Positions 50,329-58,759 of a DNA stretch of 64,000 bases are shown piece after piece. The stretch covers positions 9,078 to 73,077 of the forward strand of contig WAIB01000010.1 in the NCBI GenBank assembly GCA_009873655.1, read 5' to 3'. Origin of the DNA: Nitrospinota bacterium (lineage in GTDB: Bacteria > Nitrospinota > Nitrospinia > Nitrospinales > VA-1). The notes beneath the pieces were generated by a model. It was not told where the DNA came from and did no database searches. It worked only from the letters and a program-made list of their open reading frames with translations. The number at the start of each line of letters is the position of its first letter. Positions within the stretch are counted from its first letter, which is position 1. A program made the position numbers and the translations under genes.

Positions 50329-50601
50329 TCAGGAACGAATTTCAAAGGATTTAAAATTTTGCAATGAGATCGGACTGAGGTCCAGCGACGTGACATTTGC
50401 CGCAGGGGTTCCTTTGCGGCACCAGGAAATAAAAATTTCGAGTTGAGATTTTTCCCCTTCCGCATGAATTTCTACCGTTCCTTCGGGTCTGTTCTTAACC
50501 CAGCCCAGAATACCAAGTTCATCGGCTCTTTCTTTAGTTCCAGCACGGAACCAAACCCCTTGAACCCGACCATGAACAAGGATGTGGATGGCCTCTATCA
50601 T
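50329..50601 (-). CDS. acyP: Acylphosphatase
   Basis: Motifs VHGRVQGVWFR, GWVKN..GTVE, FEIR. Confidence 0.93.
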   Translation of the reverse strand: MIEAIHILVHGRVQGVWFRAGTKERADELGILGWVKNRPEGTVEIHAEGEKSQLEIFISWCRKGTPAANVTSLDLSPISLQNFKSFEIRS

Positions 50602-50617
50602 TGCAGTTTATGGATCT

Positions 50618-50857
50618 TCAACTCTTTTTCCTGAAAGCGTCGTCAAACAAATGTTGAACTTCACGATAGGTCTTAAATTTATTCCCATCTGAAATTTTTT
50701 CACCGAATTTTCCCAGGTCGCGCATGATGCGCTGAAACTCCTGGGTCTGACCTTTGAAATTATCAATCAACGGACGAAAATACTGTTGTTCGTCTTCGTC
50801 CAGACGATCACAAATAATTCGTAGTCGGGCTTTTAATGGTTCAAAATCTTTTTCCAT
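50618..50857 (-). CDS. Small helical hypothetical protein
   Basis: 79-aa ORF filling the gap between co-oriented genes. Confidence 0.6.
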   Translation of the reverse strand: MEKDFEPLKARLRIICDRLDEDEQQYFRPLIDNFKGQTQEFQRIMRDLGKFGEKISDGNKFKTYREVQHLFDDAFRKKS

Positions 50858-50908
50858 TTTTTAATCACAAGATCGAATAAATAAGAAGGGGAATCCAGTA
50901 GTCGGGAA

Positions 50909-51241
50909 TCACTGACCTTTTTTCTTGCGCTCTATCATAATCTTCTTTAAACGCAGGGCAGCAGGGTTATCTTCAGGAAGAGCCAGGTATTTGTCGCGGG
51001 TTAAAATTGCTACCTCAACATCTTCTGTGGCAACCACCGAGGCCGTACGAGCATCATTGGAGATCATGGCCATTTCGCCAAAAAGATCATTCTCTTTCAG
51101 GTTCGCCAGAACTTTTTTGTTGCCATTGGCATCTGTTACAAACACTTCAACCTTTCCTTTTTTAATGAGAAAGGCACTGGTTCCGTGAGTGCCCTGGCGG
51201 ACAATGGTCTTGCCCTTTCTGTACTCTTTGATAACAAACAT
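50909..51241 (-). CDS. Stand-alone cyclic nucleotide-binding domain protein
   Basis: G..IVRQG, AFLIKKGKVEV, phosphate-binding cassette FGEMAMI...RTASVVA. Confidence 0.88.
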   Translation of the reverse strand: MFVIKEYRKGKTIVRQGTHGTSAFLIKKGKVEVFVTDANGNKKVLANLKENDLFGEMAMISNDARTASVVATEDVEVAILTRDKYLALPEDNPAALRLKKIMIERKKKGQ

Positions 51242-51397
51242 GGCCTTTTATCAACCTAGTTAGCTCTCAACAGTAACGCTACCAATATAAAAAAATGGGG
51301 GCCCAAATTCAATCCCAATCAAGGAAGATAAAAAAACTCAAATATTTATTGGAAAATTTTCTGATTTTTCTTTGGCCCACGTTTTCCAGCGATCCCC

Positions 51398-51886
51398 TCA
51401 TTTTTGCCCGCCAAAACCCGGGTAACTCAGGAAATAACGTTTCAATTGTCGTTGAGTTGAACGTATTTTTCGATGATTTCTCTTTTGGGTGTACAAATGC
51501 TGCGCCATTTGCATATGGTGGATAGCTTTTTCACCCTCCTTCAAATGATCGTAAGCAATGCTTAAATTATAATGGATCAATGCGGATTTTGGGTTCAGGC
51601 TTAAAGCCTCCTTGTATGCCTGCACCTCTTCTTTATGTTTGCCTAATGTCAAATAAGCCAGGCCCAACTCAAAATAAGATTGGAAATCCATTGGGTCCTG
51701 TTGGATGATGGCTTTCTGTCGGAATATTTCCTGCTGCGCTGTTTTTCGGTAAGTTTGGAAATCCGTTTCACCTCCATACACACTCGGACAGCCCCATGAC
51801 AAAAACAAACCAAGCAGGATAAAAAATACCCCCTTGTTTTCAGAGGTAATATCAAACAAAATATGTGGCTTGCAATCCTGGATCAT
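51398..51886 (-). CDS. TPR protein, probably exported
   Basis: Hydrophobic N-terminal segment; TPRs SYFELGLAY...YKEALSLNP and IHYNLSIAY. Confidence 0.75.
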   Translation of the reverse strand: MIQDCKPHILFDITSENKGVFFILLGLFLSWGCPSVYGGETDFQTYRKTAQQEIFRQKAIIQQDPMDFQSYFELGLAYLTLGKHKEEVQAYKEALSLNPKSALIHYNLSIAYDHLKEGEKAIHHMQMAQHLYTQKRNHRKIRSTQRQLKRYFLSYPGFGGQK

Positions 51887-51920
51887 CTAATGAATGTAAC
51901 ATTTTTCTATTGAGGCCAGA

Positions 51921-52904
51921 ATGAAATATAGAAAATTTGGCAAAACAGACAGACAAATATCAGAAATCGGATTGGGTACCTGGCAATTAGGAGCTGACTG
52001 GGGAAATGTCGATGATTCCACCGCTGAAAAAGTTCTGGCAACTGCAATTGATGCGGGAGTCAATTTTTTTGATACTGCCGACTGCTACGGTGAAGGTTTG
52101 TCCGAAACCCGGCTTGGGAAATTCTTGAATTCAATCTCCCGGGAAGTATTCATCGCTACAAAGCTTGGCCGGTTTCCAAAACCCGGTGGATCTGATAATT
52201 TTTCAATACAACAGTTTCGCCTGCATACGGAAAACTCGCTCAAACGCCTTGGCATTGAATGTCTCGACCTCACCCAGGTACACTGCCCGCCCACAGAGTT
52301 GATCAAGCAGGGAGAAATGTTCCACTGGTTACGTACTTTAAAAAAGGAAGGGAAAATAAAGGAATTCGGAGTCAGTGTTGAGTCCATGGAAGAGGCGGAG
52401 ATCTGTCTCAAACAAGAGGGTCTCTGTTCCCTGCAGATCATTTTCAATGTGTTACGGCAAAAACCAATAGATACTCTTTTTGATTTGGCCTTGAAAAAAC
52501 AGGTGGCCCTGATCATCCGTCTGCCACTGGCATCCGGGCTTCTTTCCGGAAGTTTAAATACGACAAGCACCTTTGCTTTCGACGATCATCGCAACTTCAA
52601 TCGAAACGGTGAACATTTCAATGTCGGTGAAACCTTTTCCGGTCTTCCTTTCGAAAAAGGTGTTGAAATTATCAGTCGGCTGGAACCATTGATCCCGGAT
52701 GATTTATCCTTATCTCTAGCCGCCTTAAGATGGATTCTTGATTTTGAAGCGGTTTCCGTGATTATTCCCGGGTCCAAGTCCCCAAAACAAGTCCTGCAAA
52801 ATTGCCAGGCAAGCGACCTTAAGCCTCTTTCCGCAAATTTTCATGAAACATTGAAGCAATTTTACAAACAGGATGTTGCCCCGCACATTCGAGGAAAGTA
52901 TTAA
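51921..52904 (+). CDS. Aldo/keto reductase
   Basis: Motifs SEIGLGTW, FFDTADCYG, IATK, SLKRL...DL.Q.H, PLASGLL, IPG. Confidence 0.92.
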   Translation: MKYRKFGKTDRQISEIGLGTWQLGADWGNVDDSTAEKVLATAIDAGVNFFDTADCYGEGLSETRLGKFLNSISREVFIATKLGRFPKPGGSDNFSIQQFRLHTENSLKRLGIECLDLTQVHCPPTELIKQGEMFHWLRTLKKEGKIKEFGVSVESMEEAEICLKQEGLCSLQIIFNVLRQKPIDTLFDLALKKQVALIIRLPLASGLLSGSLNTTSTFAFDDHRNFNRNGEHFNVGETFSGLPFEKGVEIISRLEPLIPDDLSLSLAALRWILDFEAVSVIIPGSKSPKQVLQNCQASDLKPLSANFHETLKQFYKQDVAPHIRGKY

Positions 52905-53599
52905 TTCACAGGCTTAATTTTCTCGAATAAGATATTGTTCTCCTTATGAATATGAAGGTGTGTATCCTTTTCAAGAAATTTCAACTCCTCGTACAATAGC
53001 CGAAAAGACTGGCACCCCTCTTCGGGAACTTTAAATCCGGCTGTTATTTCCCTTATATTTTTCAGCAAATCGCCAGCTTGATCATGTTCCTTCAACATGA
53101 CCCGAATGGGTCCGGAAACGGCTTTCATATTTTGGCCCAGCTCTTCTGATTCAAGTTTTCTTATTAGAGGAAATAAAACCCGCTCTTCTTTCAATAAGTG
53201 CGGCTCAAGTTCTTCCCGCAACTCTGCAAACTTTACTTCTAAAACGATTAGCTCCGGGAAACGATCCCCATGCGCGGATAAAACTTTTGTGAGCAATTCC
53301 GCAATTCGAGGCAAGGCTTTTTTAAGATATTCATGATGCTCCGATTCAATCTGCAATGTCAGTTGTCCCGGGGTAACAGAATTTAAATCTCCCTCCTGAC
53401 CTGTTTTAGGATTCTCTAACCCCCTTAACCGGTTTAACACATCTTCAGGTTCAAGACCGGTATCCAGACAGGCGTTTTCAAGAGAGGTCTCTCCCCCACA
53501 GCAAAAATCGATGGATAAATCTTCAAAAGTTTGGGCGCATAGAATATTGTCTTCTACAAACTCCCCCACCTTGGTTTGGGTACTCCAGTTGGAATTCAT
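52901..53599 (-). CDS. ric: Iron-sulfur cluster repair di-iron protein (RIC/YtfE/ScdA)
   Basis: IDFCCGG and hemerythrin-like ligands HH.YL, HLLKEE, EHD, HLHIHKEN. Confidence 0.93.
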   Translation of the reverse strand: MNSNWSTQTKVGEFVEDNILCAQTFEDLSIDFCCGGETSLENACLDTGLEPEDVLNRLRGLENPKTGQEGDLNSVTPGQLTLQIESEHHEYLKKALPRIAELLTKVLSAHGDRFPELIVLEVKFAELREELEPHLLKEERVLFPLIRKLESEELGQNMKAVSGPIRVMLKEHDQAGDLLKNIREITAGFKVPEEGCQSFRLLYEELKFLEKDTHLHIHKENNILFEKIKPVN

Positions 53600-53647
53600 A
53601 ATTGTCTCCCTTTTTCACTTTTTTTCGAAAAAATCCGTCTCGCCAAA

Positions 53648-53677
53648 AAAAAGATAAAAATATCCTTTTATCTTTTT
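53648..53677. promoter_or_regulatory. Perfect 12-6-12 inverted repeat in the divergent ric / nfu promoter region (candidate repressor operator)
   Basis: AAAAAGATAAAA-ATATCC-TTTTATCTTTTT, 48 nt upstream of the ric start. Confidence 0.55.
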
Positions 53678-53822
53678 ATTTGAATATAAACCTGTTAAAA
53701 TAAAATTTCAAGGCAAAATCCTATTTTGCTTGAAAAAAACTATTTAAAAACTTTTTGAACCCCCGTTGGCGAGAACCCATCTTAAAAGATGAATGGAGTA
53801 AAACTTTTTCAATGAGAATGGG

Positions 53823-54410
53823 ATGTCTGAAAATTATAAAGTTAAAGAAATAGAACTCACACCTAACCCGAGGGCGGTGAAATTCATATTAGACCAGGTC
53901 GTTTTGGAATCAGGCTCAAAAACAATTGAGGCAGGGGCCTATTTGGAAACCGATGTCTTTGCGACCCATATTTTTGATTTAGGCATCGTCGACCTGGTTT
54001 ATTGCCGGGAAAATTTTATCTCCATTACCCTCCAATCTCCTGACCTGTGGGTTGTTTTTAAGGATAAAATAAAAAACATCATTGAAGCAGACTTAAAAAA
54101 ATACGAAGAAGGAGATGATGAGGTCTCCTCCTCAATCCTCGATGATTTTGATAAGGAAAAATATCCAGAACTCTCAGATGACGAAAAGGTAATCATTGTT
54201 GAAGCGATTCTCGATGAATCTGTACGGCCCGCGTTGGCCAATGACGGGGGAGGTCTTGAAGTCATTGAAGTCGAAGGACCCATTGTTCGAATTCGGTATC
54301 AAGGTGCCTGTGGTGGTTGCCCCAGTGCAAGCGGCGGCACTCTTCGGGTTATAGAAAATCACTTGAAGTCCCAACTCGATCCTGAAATCAAGGTACACAC
54401 ATATACTTAA
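53823..54410 (+). CDS. NifU/Nfu family Fe-S carrier (Nfu N-terminal + NifU C-terminal domains)
   Basis: TPNP.A.KF N-domain; VRPALANDGG and YQGACGGCPS. Confidence 0.9.
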   Translation: MSENYKVKEIELTPNPRAVKFILDQVVLESGSKTIEAGAYLETDVFATHIFDLGIVDLVYCRENFISITLQSPDLWVVFKDKIKNIIEADLKKYEEGDDEVSSSILDDFDKEKYPELSDDEKVIIVEAILDESVRPALANDGGGLEVIEVEGPIVRIRYQGACGGCPSASGGTLRVIENHLKSQLDPEIKVHTYT

Positions 54411-54630
54411 TTGATTTTTTTGAATTAACACATCCTCCCTCCAGCCCACCCGACAAGCCTGATTTACAGTTAAAATCCATCGCAATTTTGCAACAAATTG
54501 ACCCTCCTATCCCTCAAATAATCAAATATTTATAAAAACTTCCTTTGTTTTTATTGACCTTTCGACATATCAAAGGGTTGATGGAGCTAAATATTTAAGT
54601 AATAATTAGTTATCCAACGAAGAAAAAATA

Positions 54631-55239
54631 ATGAACACAAAAATTTTCTTTCAAATCTTAACTTTGGTTGCGCTTTGTCTTTTTGGGTCCAATTTCAATT
54701 CAGCCTGGGCCATTGAGAACAAGAGCCGGGTGGTTTCGGGGTATTGGCAATCGGATACGACAAGCTATACTTTCATTGCCGTGTCTCACTCTTCCTTGTC
54801 CGGTCTCGCATCCCAAATCGGGCTGGTCGTGAATGCAATACAAAGTGACCAGACCGCTTTTGGAACCGCCGTAACCTTTACAATTTCAGCGGGCTCGACC
54901 CAACGGTTGTTTGTTGCTCGGACGAATCATTCAACTATAAATTCGACAAATATTCCAACCGCATTGTTTATAATAGGAACCACAAATTTTAAACATGGCC
55001 ATATAAGAGTCGATCCTGTTGCCAGCAACCCTGAATTTGGTGTCGACCCAGATCTCCCTCCAAGTGCAAGCACTCTTGAGAACAGGGGTTTTAGAGATAT
55101 CACGATGTTGAATTACTGGGGGGCCGTTACTATAGAAGCAAATACAACCGGGTTTGCGATGGAGTTCATTGGCGACATGCATGACAGCGCTGCAACATCC
55201 TCTATGGACGACTCGGTTCCCGTAAGCGGAGTAAATTAA
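54631..55239 (+). CDS. Secreted hypothetical protein, paralog 1 of an unrecognised beta-rich domain family
   Basis: Signal peptide (...NSAWA); shares RV.S.Y.Q...SYTFI.V.H.SL and FAMEFIGD.HDS with the next two genes. Confidence 0.8.
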   Translation: MNTKIFFQILTLVALCLFGSNFNSAWAIENKSRVVSGYWQSDTTSYTFIAVSHSSLSGLASQIGLVVNAIQSDQTAFGTAVTFTISAGSTQRLFVARTNHSTINSTNIPTALFIIGTTNFKHGHIRVDPVASNPEFGVDPDLPPSASTLENRGFRDITMLNYWGAVTIEANTTGFAMEFIGDMHDSAATSSMDDSVPVSGVN

Positions 55240-55242
55240 ACT
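55141..55242 (+). repeat. Left arm of a perfect 102-bp inverted repeat
   Basis: Checked block by block; identical to the reverse complement of 55929-56030. Confidence 0.95.
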
Positions 55243-55899
55243 ATGAATGCTAAAACCGAAAAATTAAATTGGCTTGATTTTTTAAGGTCTTTGTTTATTA
55301 TTTTTTTACTCCCGCAAATAGCCCACTCACAGGTCATTGTTCCTGAGACCGTCTCAAAATCCAGAGTCGTTATATCACCCTATGCGCAAGCCGTTCCCAA
55401 CGACAGTTATACTTTTATATCCGTAAGCCATCCCTCTCTGGATTCTGCACAAACCCAGATCGGAGTGGGGCTGGAGGTGATCGGTATGACGACCGTCCCA
55501 GATAATGCAGCGGGGCGAGCAGCCATCTTCACCATTGACGCTGGAACCACGCATCGAATTTTTGTAGCTAATCTTTCCCATTCAACAGTCAATAGTTCCA
55601 TTGAAAGCTCAACCACCCATTTGATTTTAACAGCAGACTCCGCTCAGTTCGGAAATGTAAGAGCCGTCGGCATTCATGAAGACCCAGCCAATTCTGTTGT
55701 AGTCAACAATGTCAGAAAATTCAACAACCTTTCTCAATTGGATTTCTGGGGGGTTGTTTTCATAGAATCAAGTGGCACTGGTTTCTCCATGGAGTTTATT
55801 GGCGATGCCCACGATTCAACTATTGGCCGTAATTACGACTCAAGCATTATGGATGGTACAACAGGAGTATCTACGGGAATAACCCGCGGAATAAACTAA
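55243..55899 (+). CDS. Secreted hypothetical protein, paralog 2 of the same domain family
   Basis: Signal peptide (...QIAHS-Q); RVVISPYAQ...SYTFISVSHPSL...FWGVVFIE..GTGFSMEFIGDAHDS. Confidence 0.8.
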   Translation: MNAKTEKLNWLDFLRSLFIIFLLPQIAHSQVIVPETVSKSRVVISPYAQAVPNDSYTFISVSHPSLDSAQTQIGVGLEVIGMTTVPDNAAGRAAIFTIDAGTTHRIFVANLSHSTVNSSIESSTTHLILTADSAQFGNVRAVGIHEDPANSVVVNNVRKFNNLSQLDFWGVVFIESSGTGFSMEFIGDAHDSTIGRNYDSSIMDGTTGVSTGITRGIN

Positions 55900-55928
55900 G
55901 GACCGAAACCGGATTATTATTTGTCGGC

Positions 55929-56030
55929 AGTTTAATTTACTCCGCTTACGGGAACCGAGTCGTCCATAGAGGATGTTGCAGCGCTGTCATGCATGTCGCC
56001 AATGAACTCCATCGCAAACCCGGTTGTATT
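55929..56030 (-). repeat. Right arm of the perfect 102-bp inverted repeat
   Basis: 3' end of the protease gene plus 3 nt; identical to 55141-55242 in inverted orientation. Confidence 0.95.
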
Positions 56031-57914
56031 AGATTCAATAACAATGGCCCCCCAGTAATTCAGCATCGTGACATCCCTAAACCCTTGAACACTTACTTCT
56101 GGGTTGCTGGCCACGGGACTGATATCCACAAAACCATGACGGAAACCTGAAATTCCTGCAATCAATTCGACATCTATCAAATTGCTGCTGTTTATGGAGG
56201 GGTGATCGGATCTAACAATAAAAATTCTTCTTGTAACTCCCCTGTCGATGGTAAAGGTCCTTGAGGAACCGAATAAAGTCCCGTTTTTTCTTACCGCTTG
56301 AACCAAAACCCCTACCTGGGAAGCCACGCCAGAAAGGGAAGGATGGGTAACAGCAATGAATGAATAGGAAGAATCATCAGACTGCCAATAAGGAGACATG
56401 ACCCGGTATGCACTGTTTTTAGCAATCGAAGCAACCTGTTGATTTCCAATTGATTCTCTAAAGTTTGATACTGTAAGGGCCGTATTTTGAAAAGTTTTTC
56501 GATTATCTGCAGCAAGCGCATTGCCTTCAGCGACACCCGTTACTGCACCTCCAAATAACACATTCGGATTCGAAAAGTTTTGAATGCGGGTATTGCTCCC
56601 TGTCCCCATGATAGTTTTGAAGTTGTTAGCGGAATCCACGTAACCATGATTGAAATCGAAAGGAAGTCCATCCGTATCATCATTGGCGCGATCATGGCGC
56701 GCGGCCATATTGTGTCCAATTTCATGCCCGAATGTAAAGTTTCCCGTCGCACAATTGGTCTGAGTTACAGAATATCCAAAAGCCTCAAAAGAAGAAGATA
56801 CTTCTGTCATTAAATACGCAATACCACACAAACTATTATCTCCCTTTACCAACACAACGACTAGATCCGCTCCGTGAGTGTTTCTCAAATCGTGAAGATC
56901 GGGAATAGAACCATTCTGAGCAGAAGACAAAGTCCCGCTAAAGCTGAAATTGTCCTCCGAAAAAACGATTTCCTGTCTGGCGACTACATTGACAACCAGC
57001 GTTAAACCGCTATTTGAAAAGGCAGCATTGGTTTCCGATTCTGCTAGGTCAATGAGGCTCTCCATGGCGCTTGCTCCCCCCTCTGCTTCTCGGGCAGCTG
57101 CGGTGTAGACGACCAGCAGCTCAATCACGCTGCCATCGTCAGATCCTGTAGTAGAAGATGAGTCCGTACCTCCTGAAGCACTGAAAGCATCAGGTTTGTC
57201 TACTTTATCTGACATGAACAAATCGCCCATTGAATCATAACCAAACCCCAAATCAGAAGAGCTGGAGGTCGGATATTTATTCTTGGCTAAAAACGAAGAC
57301 ATAGTTTTGTCCCCATTTTCAGACATTTTATCCTCATCAGGCAATGAAGAGGGATTGGTTTTCATGCTGGGACCAACTGGTTCCCCGTCGGGAGGAAACC
57401 TGGAAGGGTCTATCTCGTATACAAAATGTAATCCATCCGCAACATGACGTATCTGATAGGTTAAGCCTGGTTTTGATATGTTTCCATAAACCGCTTCGCC
57501 TTTTACGACTAGGACTACTTGACTCATTGGAACGTTTTCCAACTTTCCATACCAGGAATAACTCCCAGATCGGTTTCTTTCTATCTTATAAACGAGGACT
57601 GAGAACTCCGTTGCCGGGAATAAATTTAAAATCAACGGAATTTCATGGTCTGGTTCCGCAATAAAATTTTCATCGGGTACAGGCAAAAATCTCATGTCCA
57701 GCTTCACGAGCCGGGAACGTAAAACTGTCGGAGCTTTTTTGGGTTTAAAATCTTGAGTATTTGGGGTTGAAAGGAAGAGATAAGGTGGAAGGGGGTCTTG
57801 AGTTTCTTGCTCGGCCTCGGCCGCATCAGCAACAAGGGTTTTCATTAAATTCAGACAGAAGCATGAAAAAATAATTGCTGCCAAAAACAGGCTTAAACGG
57901 TTCTGTTTTAACAA
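55932..57914 (-). CDS. Secreted M12B/reprolysin-like zinc metalloprotease with a C-terminal copy of the shared domain
   Basis: Signal peptide, pro-region, S/T/G linker, I.LLVVYT, GADLV, CGIAY, HEIGHNMAARH (HExxHxxxxxH), Met-turn TIMG, FSNP; TTG start. Confidence 0.85.
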   Translation of the reverse strand: MLKQNRLSLFLAAIIFSCFCLNLMKTLVADAAEAEQETQDPLPPYLFLSTPNTQDFKPKKAPTVLRSRLVKLDMRFLPVPDENFIAEPDHEIPLILNLFPATEFSVLVYKIERNRSGSYSWYGKLENVPMSQVVLVVKGEAVYGNISKPGLTYQIRHVADGLHFVYEIDPSRFPPDGEPVGPSMKTNPSSLPDEDKMSENGDKTMSSFLAKNKYPTSSSSDLGFGYDSMGDLFMSDKVDKPDAFSASGGTDSSSTTGSDDGSVIELLVVYTAAAREAEGGASAMESLIDLAESETNAAFSNSGLTLVVNVVARQEIVFSEDNFSFSGTLSSAQNGSIPDLHDLRNTHGADLVVVLVKGDNSLCGIAYLMTEVSSSFEAFGYSVTQTNCATGNFTFGHEIGHNMAARHDRANDDTDGLPFDFNHGYVDSANNFKTIMGTGSNTRIQNFSNPNVLFGGAVTGVAEGNALAADNRKTFQNTALTVSNFRESIGNQQVASIAKNSAYRVMSPYWQSDDSSYSFIAVTHPSLSGVASQVGVLVQAVRKNGTLFGSSRTFTIDRGVTRRIFIVRSDHPSINSSNLIDVELIAGISGFRHGFVDISPVASNPEVSVQGFRDVTMLNYWGAIVIESNTTGFAMEFIGDMHDSAATSSMDDSVPVSGVN

Positions 57915-58129
57915 GTTTGAATTCCCTTTAAGAAAGGACGAAATTTTGCCGGGATACCATTGATTTTATTCTAAAGACCACAAATCCATATCGGCAAAAG
58001 CCCCAATTTCTAAAGGATTTAGGAGCATTAACTTGAAAAAACCAACGAATGCTTTTAGATTAAAGCGTTGATCAGGAAGGCTTGCGGAAAATCATTTTCC
58101 AAAAATATTCTCATCTGTATTTTTTAAAT

Positions 58130-58480
58130 ATGGAAAAAAGAAACACCACATTTTTTACAATCGTGCATTTTACCGGTGACTCCTCTCTCACCTATGAGGA
58201 AATAAAGAAGAGTCACCTCGATAGCGGTGAAAGTGAAATCGGCTTCCATTACATCATCGATTCGCAGGGAAAGATTTTAATGGGCAGGCATGCATCCAAA
58301 ATAGGAGCTCATTATCCAGAGTTCGACGAAACCAGCCTGGGAATATGCGTAATTGGCGCGAGACATGATTTACAAGAACATCAATCCGTTGCCTTGACTT
58401 TGTTGCTGGAAAACCTGAAAAACGATTTCCCGGAAATTCAAAAAGTTAAATATATTTATAAAGAAAAGGAAAACGAATAA
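58130..58480 (+). CDS. T7-lysozyme/Amidase_2-like protein, apparently missing catalytic residues
   Basis: IVHFT, IGFHYIIDSQG.I..GR....GAH, SLGICVIG. ATG 58130 is preferred over TTG 58082. Confidence 0.75.
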   Translation: MEKRNTTFFTIVHFTGDSSLTYEEIKKSHLDSGESEIGFHYIIDSQGKILMGRHASKIGAHYPEFDETSLGICVIGARHDLQEHQSVALTLLLENLKNDFPEIQKVKYIYKEKENE

Positions 58481-58759
58481 TGCTTTCCAAATGACCAGAT
58501 TTTATTTGTCAGCATAATTCAAGCGCCCAAACTCACAATTTTATAATCGCGCAGATCCATTAAAAAAGTTGCAATAAACCGCGGGGTGAGGGCTTGGGCT
58601 TAAAGCTCATGGTGGTCTTTCCGCGAGATTTCAGTCTATCTATTTTGAAACAAAAAATCAGGGCAAAACTTTTCCTGAAAAGCAAAAGTTGACTTTACTT
58701 ATTTTATAGAAAATTAATGCCGCCTTTTTTTTACAGACAAAACCTGACATAATGCTCCC

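Noticed and set aside
55084-56090. Diversity-generating retroelement (template/variable repeat pair) as the explanation for the repeated gene ends
   Set aside because: The 102-bp core has no differences at all, the flanking differences are not confined to adenines (TTG/CTG, GGT/GGG), and no reverse transcriptase is present in the window.
57973-58620. 9-bp inverted pair AAAGACCAC / GTGGTCTTT flanking the amidase-like gene as mobile-element ends
   Set aside because: Too short to exceed chance, with no target duplication and no transposase.
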